Origin: Polyangiales bacterium
GTDB lineage: Bacteria > Myxococcota_A > Polyangia > Polyangiales > Houyiibacteriaceae
Direction: 5' to 3'
NCBI GenBank assembly: GCA_045106895.1
Contig: JBGCFM010000288.1
Span: forward strand, 1 to 12,790
DNA: 12,790 bases
The number at the start of each line of letters is the position of its first letter. Within the stretch, counting starts at the first letter, position 1. The translations under genes were made by a program, and so were the position numbers. Below, one piece after another: positions 1 to 6,990 of this stretch. A model generated the notes under the pieces. It was not told where the DNA came from, did not search any database, and saw nothing but the letters and a program-made list of their open reading frames with translations.

Positions 1-652
1 GATGTGCGCCGCGGCTGACGGCGTGCGGCGTGCCGTCGAAGACGACGACGCGCTCCCGTTCATCGAGAAGCTCCGACCCATCGAGGGAGCGAAGGTCTGC
101 GCGGACGCCAAGCTGAGCTTCGAGGTTTCGGTTCCATGCGATTCCGTCCGCGGTGAAGACAACGACGCTGCGGGAGACCCATCGCGCGCTTCCAGGGACG
201 ACACGCTCGCCTGCACGCAGTACGATGGGCGAACGCTCAAGCTCGTCGCCAACCTTCGAACGCTCGACCATGGGTCGGTTGAACTGCACACGAAGCGTGT
301 CGTTGCGCGAGAGGCGCTGGACACCGGGACCCGGCCGAAGAATGGCGAGGTGCTCCGGCGCGTCCGCCGCCAAGAGTGGCGAGAGCGGTGTCGCTTCGGG
401 CAAAAGCACGGAGGTCATGGGGAAGGTGGCGAGGGGGCGGGCTTCCGGCAGACTCAGTTCACCGAGGACAGGGGCAGCGGGCGCTTTCTTCGGCTCGCGC
501 AAGAAGACGAACGCCGCGATGAGGGCGCCGATGGTGCCGAGGGCGATGTACAGGTTGCGACGACTTCGTTTGGGCTCGGGCTTTTTGGCGGAGCGGCGGT
601 AAGGGCCATCGCCGGAGGGGGCGGCGTCGCGAAGGGAAGAGTCGTCGTGCAT
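1..652 (-). CDS. Membrane-anchored Ig-like domain protein, N-terminal 217 aa only (runs off the window); possibly alpha-2-macroglobulin (MG2) family
   Basis: Manual translation from ATG 652-650 is open to the window edge: MHDDSSLRDAAPSGDGPYRRSAKKPEPKRSRRNLYIALGTIGALIAAFVFLREPKKAPAAP...RNDTLRVQFNRPMVERS...GSARWVSRSVVVFTADG...DLRSLDGSELL. Basic stretch then one TM helix; VQFNRPMV and G-x-x-x-W-x-S-x-x-x-x-x-F patterns resemble Ig-like domains at the N-terminus of bacterial A2Ms. In-frame stop upstream at 695-697. CDS is well supported; the A2M assignment is tentative. Confidence 0.7.
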   Translation of the reverse strand, partial: MHDDSSLRDAAPSGDGPYRRSAKKPEPKRSRRNLYIALGTIGALIAAFVFLREPKKAPAAPVLGELSLPEARPLATFPMTSVLLPEATPLSPLLAADAPEHLAILRPGPGVQRLSRNDTLRVQFNRPMVERSKVGDELERSPIVLRAGERVVPGSARWVSRSVVVFTADGIAWNRNLEAQLGVRADLRSLDGSELLDERERVVVFDGTPHAVSRGAH

Positions 653-776
653 GGGGGCACGAATCGCAAGGTCCGGGCCCGCCGATAAACGTAGTTATTT
701 CAAGGTCTAGCGAGAGTCGAGTGTGGGGCCCTTGCCACGCTCTGAGGCCGGAGAGACTCAGTCGCGTGCCGAGGGA

Positions 777-3700
777 TCACTTGCGAAGACCGAACTTTCG
801 CATGTGCCGGTAGAGAGTGTTCCGCGGCATGGATAGCCGCCTTGCAGCTTCGCTGACGTTCCACCCTGACTCGGCGAGGACCTCTTGGATGTGACGAGCT
901 TTCGATTCCTCGAACCCTTGGCGGGACGTTGGGAGAGCTTCGTCGCTCGGGTCTAGGGCGAGATCGCTGGCTCGAATGCAGGCGCCATCAGCGAGCAGGT
1001 GAGCACGTCGCAGTACGTTCGCAAGCTCCCGAACGTTGCCGGGCCATTTGTGCGCAAGAAGGGCACGCATCGCCGTGGCGTGGAGTTCCTTCGTTGTTCC
1101 TTCATGCTCTTGAGCCGCCTGAACAAGAAGCGATTCCACCAAGAGCGGCAAGTCGTCGAGCCGTTCACGCAGCGGCGGCACCGACATGGTGACGACGGCG
1201 AGGCGATAGTAGAGGTCTTCGCGAAAGCGTCCTTCGGCGGCGTCCGTTCGCAGGTTCCTGTTTGTGGCGGCGATCACGCGTGCTTTGAACGGCACGACGC
1301 CGTCGGCGCCGACGGGGCGTACTTCTCGCTCCTGGAGGGCGCGTAGCAGTTTTGCCTGCATCGTAAGCGGCAGCTCCCCCAACTCGTCGAGGAACACCGT
1401 GCCTTCGCCTGCAGCCACGAAGAGCCCTTCGCGGTTCTCCGTGGCGCCGGTGAATGCACCTCGCTTGTGACCGAAGAGCTGCGATTCCAAGAGCGACGCA
1501 GGCATCGCCGCGCAGTTGATCGCCGCGAAGGGGCCGGAGCCGGCGTGGAGCGCACGTGCGATGAGCTCTTTCCCCGTGCCGCTTTCGCCCACGATGAGGA
1601 CGGGGACTCGGGAGCCTTTCAGTCTGTCGAGAAGGCCAAACACTTGCGACATCTCCCGACTTCGCCCGATGAGCGGCGCGTAGTCCGTTCGCACGTCTTG
1701 GGCGCCGGTTAGCCGTGAGAGTTGAGAGCGGCTCGCCGAGAGCGCGGCTTCGCGTTCTTCCAGGAGCGCGGCCTTTTCGGCGGCCTCCCGTTCGAGCCGT
1801 AGGGCTTTCGCTTCGAGTTCTCCACGGAGCTGTGACGCATCGAGGGCGAGGGCCACTTGGTCCGCCAAGGCGAGCAAGAGTTCGAGGGAGCGTTCATCGA
1901 AGTGGCCCGGGAGGAATCGATGATCGACGTACAAGGCGCCGAGAACGCCACGCGGCGATTCGATGGGAACACAGGCCACGGACTGCAGACCCATCGCGTG
2001 AACCGAACGAGTCTCGCCGAAGCGCGGATCTTGTCGCGCGTTTGTCGTTAGCACAGGCTGGGAAGATTCGAGCACCGCCTCGGCAATGGAACGGCTGAAC
2101 CGCATGGCGGGCTGACGCAGGCGGTCCCGGTCCATGTTGCGTGCTGTGGCGACACGGACACTCGCGCCGCCGATGAGCACGAAGCCTCGTTCCGCGCGGG
2201 ATAGTTCGATGGCGGCGTCGAGTGCGTGCTCAAGGAGGCGCGGCGTTTTGAGGGACGAGTTGAGCTTCTTATTGATCTCGAGGATGCGTCGAAGGCCGGC
2301 CGCGTCGTCGCTTGAACCCGCGCCTTCGTCTGCGCCGAGGGAGCGACGAAGAGGGTGTTGCCAGAACCTTGACGCGTCTTCCGTCGAGAGGCTCAGCATG
2401 ATCGTTTCCCAAGCGCTCGCGGCCTCACGCCGGTACGCCTCCGCCGCGGCGCGGGCGCCCTTCGCGCGCAGCGTCGTCGACGCACGTGTCGCGATCTCGG
2501 CTGCAAGCGCGAGGTCGCCCGTCGAAGCCGCCGTGTCAAAGGCGCGCCGTAGTGTTTCGATGGCGGCGCGAGGTTCTTCGAGGGCGGCGCGCAGCGACCA
2601 GCTGCGGGCCTGAAGGTCCTTCGCCCCGTGTGTCAGCGACGCCTCGACGCACGGAGTGCCGAGCTTCTGGCGCGCTTCGATGCGCTCCCGCTCCGCGCCC
2701 TTCGTCTCGGCGAAAGCCGCGGCTTCTTCGTACGCCTCGGCGGACTTCGAGGGTTCACCGAGGAGCTCAGAGCGTTCTCCCCAGGCGATGCGGAGCGCCG
2801 CGCCCAGAGCGCCGTCTGCCTCGCCCGGATCGTCGAGCCATGTGGACGCGCGCGCCTCGTCGCCGCAAGCGAGGTGAAGGTTGGCGAGGTTGTAGCGAAG
2901 CATAGCGCTGGTTGTGCGCGACCCCAGCGCGCGCGAGAGGCGGAGCGCTCGCTCGTATCCCTGCAAAGCCGCGCCCCAATCGCCGAGCAGTTGATGGGCC
3001 GTCGCGAGGTTCATCACGGAGGTGGCGCGCAGGTCGACGAGATCCGCGTCCTCTGTGCCTTTGAGCGCCCGCGCGTAGGCCAAGGAAGCGGCACGGGGGT
3101 CGCTGGCGCGAGACGCTGCGATTCCGCGATAGAGGTCTCGCCTTACCTGAGTGCGAACGCCTCCTTCGAACGCTTCGTCGGCGGCGTTTAGCGCTTCCTC
3201 GGCTTCCTCGCGCCGGTCCAAGTACACGAGGGCTGCGCCGGCGTTTTCGTGGAGTTCCGCTCGCTCCGAAGCGCCAGAGCATGTCTCGAAACCAGCCCTC
3301 GCGACTTCCAGGGCGCGCTCGAAGTGCCCGAGGCGGAACGCTGCGCGGGCGATGGTGGCGGGGTGCTGGCTTTTCAGCGCCTCTTCGTGCGCCTCAGCCG
3401 TACGGCCGAGGTTGATCAGCGCGAGGGCTCGCTCCTGGCATGGCCGAGGTTCATCCCCGAGACTCGCAAGGAGCGCCAGGGACTGCTCATTTCGACCGGC
3501 GATTCGAAGCGCGCGGGCTTTGAGCTCTGTGGACCCGTACGGATCCACGGCGCGCCGCCATCCTTCTGGGTCCGCGTCGAAATCGGCGTCGCGCGCGTAG
3601 GCTTCGGCTTCGGCCACACACCCGGCGCGATAGAGATGAAATGCTCGCTCCGCTCCTTGAGCGCCGTCCGCCGCGCCGCGGTGAGCGTCGCGCGCGAGCT

Positions 3701-5153
3701 TTGGCAAGAGCGCTGCGATGCGTTCGGCGTCCGCACGTCGGCGAAGTCGAGCGACACCGTCGTGCACGCGCGCGATGCCCATGCGTTCGAGTGCGACGAG
3801 CGTCGCCTCCGGAAATCGGCGCGGCGCTGCACAGAGCAGAGCGAGCTCTTCTCGGTAGGGAAAATGGTCCGGCAAGTCGAAGCCGTCTCCATCGCTCGAA
3901 GCCCTAAGGCCCGTTGCTTGTTGAGCGAGTGCCGTCTCCACGTCCGCCGGGTACCCGCTCGTCGCCCGGTGAAGGCGCGCAGCATCACTTGGCGTCAGCG
4001 ACGTGTCCCATCGTCGAAGCTCCTCCGGGCTTAGCGGCGCGAGGCGCAAGACATCCGCGGGGCCGTCTGGCGCGCTTTCCGTGGTCGCGAGAAGAAGCAC
4101 GGACGAACGGTCCGGCGTGGCTCGAAGGTAGCGGGTTAGTCGTTCCGGCGAGACGTCGTCTGCGAAGACCACAACGGGATTCGGTCCTTCGCACGCTTGC
4201 TGCCAGTCTTCGACGTGTCGCCCGCCCGGGGCTTCTGTGGCGTACGCGAGGATCTCCCATCCCCGCTCCAGCTTCGGTAGCTCGGCGGTGGAAAGCTGCC
4301 GGCGTTGTGCATAGAGCTTTAGCTCGTGCAACATTCGGGTCTTCCCTACGCCGCGCGCGCCGACGAATACCAGCGCGGGCGCGTAGGAATGCTCGCTGAA
4401 ATGGTCGAGTGTGTGTTGGGCCTGCCTGAGTTCTCTTTCTCTTCCGACGAGGGTGCGGGCGGCTCCGGCGGCGGCAACGGGCGCGGCGCGGCCGAGGCGT
4501 TCGAGGAGCGCGCGGGCCGAAGGAATGCGTGTGGCGAGGGGCGCCTTCAACTCGGCGACGATGGAACGTAGCGAGTCGAAGCGTTCGAAAACGCAGCCCA
4601 AGGCAAAGAGGTCCGCTCTCGCATCGACGTTTCCTCCGGCGACGACTTCGGGTGCGATGTAGCCAGGAGTTCCGAGCGTCGTCGCGGCCTGAAGAGGGAC
4701 GGCTCCCCCGAGATCGATGAGCGCGCCTCGATTTTGCTCCGTGACAAGTACGTTGGAGTGGCTCAGGTCTCCATGGCGGAGGCCGACTTCGTGAAGGGCC
4801 AAAAGCGCCTCGGCGACATCCGCCATGACGGCGGCTGGGTCCTCGACATCCGCCATCGCGACGGGAACGCCCGCGACCCAGGTCATGACGTGGTAGCCGC
4901 CTTGCGGTCCATCGGTCCCGACATCGCGAAGGCGGGGCAGATACGGGCTGTAGACCGAGGCGAGGACCGCCCGCTCTGCCTCGAAGGACGCCACATGGAG
5001 CGTCGAGCGGAGCCGCTTGAGGAGTGCGTGGTCCCCGCGAAGTAGGTCCGTCACGAAATAGGTCTCGGAGCTCCCGCCGGCGGCGACGGAGCGCTCGAGT
5101 CGATAGCGAGCGGATACGACCTGCCCTATGTTCCATGCGTGCTCGCCGGCCAT
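777..5153 (-). CDS. Multidomain sigma54-dependent enhancer-binding protein: Ser/Thr kinase-like + P-loop NTPase (STAND/AAA-like) + TPR-like + GAF + sigma54 AAA+ + Fis HTH
   Basis: Kinase motifs RYRLERSVAAGGSS, ALLKRL, HGDLSHSNVLV, LIDLG, GTPGYIAPE, DARADLFALG; NTPase LVGRERE, Walker A GARGVGKT (4338-4361), Walker B-like VVVFADD; Ala-rich helical repeats (NLATAHQLLGDWGAALQGYERAL); GAF (AIELSRAERGFVL...SVACVPI...GALYVD); bEBP motifs GESGTGKE, ESQLFGHKRGAFTGA (GAFTGA 1443-1460), FLDELGEL, FREDLYYRL, WPGNVREL; HTH NVSEAARRLSMPRNTLYRHM. ATG 5153 preferred over TTG 5159. Confidence 0.95.
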   Translation of the reverse strand: MAGEHAWNIGQVVSARYRLERSVAAGGSSETYFVTDLLRGDHALLKRLRSTLHVASFEAERAVLASVYSPYLPRLRDVGTDGPQGGYHVMTWVAGVPVAMADVEDPAAVMADVAEALLALHEVGLRHGDLSHSNVLVTEQNRGALIDLGGAVPLQAATTLGTPGYIAPEVVAGGNVDARADLFALGCVFERFDSLRSIVAELKAPLATRIPSARALLERLGRAAPVAAAGAARTLVGRERELRQAQHTLDHFSEHSYAPALVFVGARGVGKTRMLHELKLYAQRRQLSTAELPKLERGWEILAYATEAPGGRHVEDWQQACEGPNPVVVFADDVSPERLTRYLRATPDRSSVLLLATTESAPDGPADVLRLAPLSPEELRRWDTSLTPSDAARLHRATSGYPADVETALAQQATGLRASSDGDGFDLPDHFPYREELALLCAAPRRFPEATLVALERMGIARVHDGVARLRRRADAERIAALLPKLARDAHRGAADGAQGAERAFHLYRAGCVAEAEAYARDADFDADPEGWRRAVDPYGSTELKARALRIAGRNEQSLALLASLGDEPRPCQERALALINLGRTAEAHEEALKSQHPATIARAAFRLGHFERALEVARAGFETCSGASERAELHENAGAALVYLDRREEAEEALNAADEAFEGGVRTQVRRDLYRGIAASRASDPRAASLAYARALKGTEDADLVDLRATSVMNLATAHQLLGDWGAALQGYERALRLSRALGSRTTSAMLRYNLANLHLACGDEARASTWLDDPGEADGALGAALRIAWGERSELLGEPSKSAEAYEEAAAFAETKGAERERIEARQKLGTPCVEASLTHGAKDLQARSWSLRAALEEPRAAIETLRRAFDTAASTGDLALAAEIATRASTTLRAKGARAAAEAYRREAASAWETIMLSLSTEDASRFWQHPLRRSLGADEGAGSSDDAAGLRRILEINKKLNSSLKTPRLLEHALDAAIELSRAERGFVLIGGASVRVATARNMDRDRLRQPAMRFSRSIAEAVLESSQPVLTTNARQDPRFGETRSVHAMGLQSVACVPIESPRGVLGALYVDHRFLPGHFDERSLELLLALADQVALALDASQLRGELEAKALRLEREAAEKAALLEEREAALSASRSQLSRLTGAQDVRTDYAPLIGRSREMSQVFGLLDRLKGSRVPVLIVGESGTGKELIARALHAGSGPFAAINCAAMPASLLESQLFGHKRGAFTGATENREGLFVAAGEGTVFLDELGELPLTMQAKLLRALQEREVRPVGADGVVPFKARVIAATNRNLRTDAAEGRFREDLYYRLAVVTMSVPPLRERLDDLPLLVESLLVQAAQEHEGTTKELHATAMRALLAHKWPGNVRELANVLRRAHLLADGACIRASDLALDPSDEALPTSRQGFEESKARHIQEVLAESGWNVSEAARRLSMPRNTLYRHMRKFGLRK

Positions 5154-5168
5154 GCACAATGATACATA

Positions 5169-5187
5169 ATGTTACACTTTGGAACAT
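5169..5187. promoter_or_regulatory. Palindromic putative enhancer (UAS) for a Fis-HTH bEBP
   Basis: ATGTTACA-CTT-TGGAACAT: 8-bp inverted arms with one mismatch, centred about 124 bp upstream of the predicted sigma54 start; a related half-site TGATACAT at 5160-5167 lies 20 bp from TGGAACAT. Confidence 0.6.
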
Positions 5188-5233
5188 CTTGTGATTTCAC
5201 TGTGCTATTCGGATTTCTTTTGTAAGTATTTGT

Positions 5234-5246
5234 AATCAAACATTAA
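5234..5246 (+). promoter_or_regulatory. Putative IHF-binding site
   Basis: AATCAAACATTAA versus consensus WATCAANNNNTTR (one mismatch), preceded by an AT-rich tract and lying between the palindrome and the sigma54 promoter. Confidence 0.5.
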
Positions 5247-5275
5247 TGTGTTCGTTCTGGTTGGCTCCTTCGGTG

Positions 5276-5291
5276 CGGCACGTTCGCTGCA
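5276..5291 (+). promoter_or_regulatory. Sigma54 (RpoN) -24/-12 promoter
   Basis: CGGCACGTTCGCTGCA versus consensus TGGCACGNNNNTTGCW: GG 5277-5278, exactly 10 nt, GC 5289-5290. Points at the lipoprotein genes and is divergent from a GAFTGA-bearing activator. Confidence 0.8.
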
Positions 5292-5303
5292 AACGAAGAG
5301 GTC

Positions 5304-6287
5304 ATGCTTAAACACATGACAACTCTAGGCTTCTCTCTTTTGATGATGGGCGCCTGCACGGAATCCACGGACCTCCTGCCTGTCTTCGATGGCGGCGCCG
5401 ACGTCCCCGGCAGCGATGCGGGTCCACGGGTGGACGCACGGGATAGCGACGCTGGCGCCGAACGAGACGCCTCCCAGCCTCGTGACGTCGGGCTGATGGA
5501 CGCGGGCGTCGATGCTGTCCCGCCCATCGCCATGTCCTGCGATCCCGTTCCTCCCGGGGCTTGCGAGGAAACAGCGCTCCAGTGGTATTGGTCGGGGGGA
5601 GGGTGCAACGCTCGACGCGACTGCCTCGGGACGGGGTACGCGAGTCTCGGAGAGTGTCGTCTCGCGTACCGAGAATGTGGCGCCACCGACATTTGCGGCG
5701 CGCTTCCATCGTTCGTCGACGCGTGCGCAGGCTTCGAGGGGTACGCCTGGGACGGAGCCGCTTGCGTTCCCGGATGCGATTACCTGATGACCGACGCTCT
5801 CATCTACTCCACGAACCAGGAGTGCACTCATTTCCACGCCGGCTGCGAGGGCGCGGCGGGCAGTCAATGTGGTCAGGTGCTCCCCCTCGGCTGCACGAGA
5901 ATCGGTCCCTCACCTCACACGCTCCTGCCTTTGTCCGACCATGAAATTTGCGCCGGCGACGAGGCTCGCAACGACAACGAGTACGACCAGCAGGTTGTCT
6001 TTGTGGCCCCGGACTCGGCCACCTACCAAATACGCGTGCAAACGGAGGACCCTGCGCCGCAGATCGGCGCCTTCGTCGCGGTGACCGGCGGGGTGTGTTC
6101 GACACGTTCCCAGGATGTCCCTGCGACCGTCGCTTGTCTCGCGTACGATGAAGCCCTGACACTTCCCGCCCGGCCGGTTGGCGTCGACTCTGCGAGCGAC
6201 CGCGCTCACACAATTCGCATCAGCCCTTCCGCCTTTCCGGATGAGTACACATCGATCATAGTCTGTGTTGACCGCGTCGAAGAATGA
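5304..6287 (+). CDS. Cysteine-rich lipoprotein with two Kunitz-like six-Cys repeats and a C-terminal beta-rich domain
   Basis: Signal peptide with lipobox-like MMGA-C18; Asp/Ala/Gly-rich linker (DGG, DAG repeats); six-Cys repeats C79-C125 and C131-C181; C-terminal VVFVAPDSATYQIRV-type beta strands. Alternative start 5316 loses the basic residue of the n-region. Confidence 0.8.
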   Translation: MLKHMTTLGFSLLMMGACTESTDLLPVFDGGADVPGSDAGPRVDARDSDAGAERDASQPRDVGLMDAGVDAVPPIAMSCDPVPPGACEETALQWYWSGGGCNARRDCLGTGYASLGECRLAYRECGATDICGALPSFVDACAGFEGYAWDGAACVPGCDYLMTDALIYSTNQECTHFHAGCEGAAGSQCGQVLPLGCTRIGPSPHTLLPLSDHEICAGDEARNDNEYDQQVVFVAPDSATYQIRVQTEDPAPQIGAFVAVTGGVCSTRSQDVPATVACLAYDEALTLPARPVGVDSASDRAHTIRISPSAFPDEYTSIIVCVDRVEE

Positions 6288-6901
6288 ACACTCCCCGACT
6301 CATCGCATCGTTCGCTTTTGTGGCGGCCTGCACCGGTACTCCGATGCCGGCGCCACCGATCGAACCGCCTCCTGCGCCGGACATCGAGCGCATCGTCATC
6401 GACCCTCCAACGCCCAGCTCACCGGGACAGCTTCTTGGCGGTCCAGGGGCCGTCGCGTCGGGAAGTCAGCTCTTCGTCATGAACTTGGACGGAGCCGAGG
6501 ACCCCTTGCTTCTCGAGCCGATGCCCGATGGGTCTTTCGTCGTCGCGACCGAGGCGGGGACCACGCGGCTTGAAGCCATCGACGCGGAGGGGCGCCGTTC
6601 GGAGCCCGTCGACGTCGACGAGGCAGGTCTCGTCGAGGTGATGCTTCCGTGTCTGGAGCTTCCGAGTCAGCTCGATGCGAGCGGAGAGCTGCGCGTCGAG
6701 AACCGATGCGCGGATGCGGTGAGCGCTCGTATCGCCCTGCGCCGCGAAGGTGAGTACGTGGTCCTCGACGAGCGCGTTGAGCTTCTTGCAGGCGACTCCA
6801 CCAGCATCGCCGTGAGCGCTGAGCCCGGCGGGGGTGCCGACGCGCTCTTGCTCTTCATGGAGAGCCCCATCGTCGAGCGGCGTGCAGTGACTCTTTTCTA
6901 G
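6284..6901 (+). CDS. Putative lipoprotein of unknown function, probably two small beta-sandwich domains
   Basis: ATGA overlap with the upstream gene (6284-6287); MNTPRLIASFAFVAA-C16 lipobox; Pro-rich linker; acidic, beta-strand-rich body with two further Cys. Confidence 0.8.
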   Translation: MNTPRLIASFAFVAACTGTPMPAPPIEPPPAPDIERIVIDPPTPSSPGQLLGGPGAVASGSQLFVMNLDGAEDPLLLEPMPDGSFVVATEAGTTRLEAIDAEGRRSEPVDVDEAGLVEVMLPCLELPSQLDASGELRVENRCADAVSARIALRREGEYVVLDERVELLAGDSTSIAVSAEPGGGADALLLFMESPIVERRAVTLF

Positions 6902-6954
6902 GCTTGAAGCCCGCACGTTAGGGGGGCTTGCCGGGGATTCTCTCCGAGGGGGCC

Positions 6955-6983
6955 TTGACCTTGAGATGAATGGTGTACAATAT
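6955..6983 (+). promoter_or_regulatory. Putative sigma70-type promoter of the NAD operon
   Basis: -35-like TTGACC at 6955-6960; -10 candidates TACAAT (6976-6981, 15-nt spacer) or CAATAT (6978-6983, 17-nt spacer), both within the operator palindrome. Exact register uncertain. Confidence 0.5.
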
Positions 6984-6990
6984 ACACTAT
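6970..6990. promoter_or_regulatory. NrtR operator (NrtR box)
   Basis: 21-bp palindrome ATGGTGTACAATATACACTAT with the GT-N7-AC core described for NrtR sites; arms ATGGTGTA/TACACTAT have one mismatch; AT-rich island directly before an operon that encodes nrtR. Confidence 0.85.

Noticed and set aside
2..688. 228-aa plus-strand ORF (and 153..602)
   Set aside because: Antisense shadows of the minus-strand gene starting at 652, which has a credible TM anchor and domain pattern.
719..742. Inverted repeat GAGTGTGG/CCACGCTC after the regulator stop as a terminator
   Set aside because: On the transcribed minus strand the stem has a C-A mismatch, an 8-nt loop and no U-tract; too weak to call.
755..772. 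Minus-strand TCGGCACGCGACTGAG as a sigma54 promoter for the left gene
   Set aside because: Good -24 half, but the -12 position is AG rather than the essential GC.
3985..5187. 400-aa alternative-frame ORF and other nested ORFs within the regulator
   Set aside because: Arg/Pro-rich, motif-free products typical of off-frame reading in high-GC DNA.
5191..5200. Short palindrome GTGATTTCAC as a CRP/FNR-type site
   Set aside because: Spacer is too short for TGTGA-N6-TCACA, and 4-bp arms arise easily by chance.
6902..6990. NAD-sensing riboswitch upstream of pncB
   Set aside because: The predicted promoter leaves essentially no 5' leader, and the NrtR box explains the regulation.
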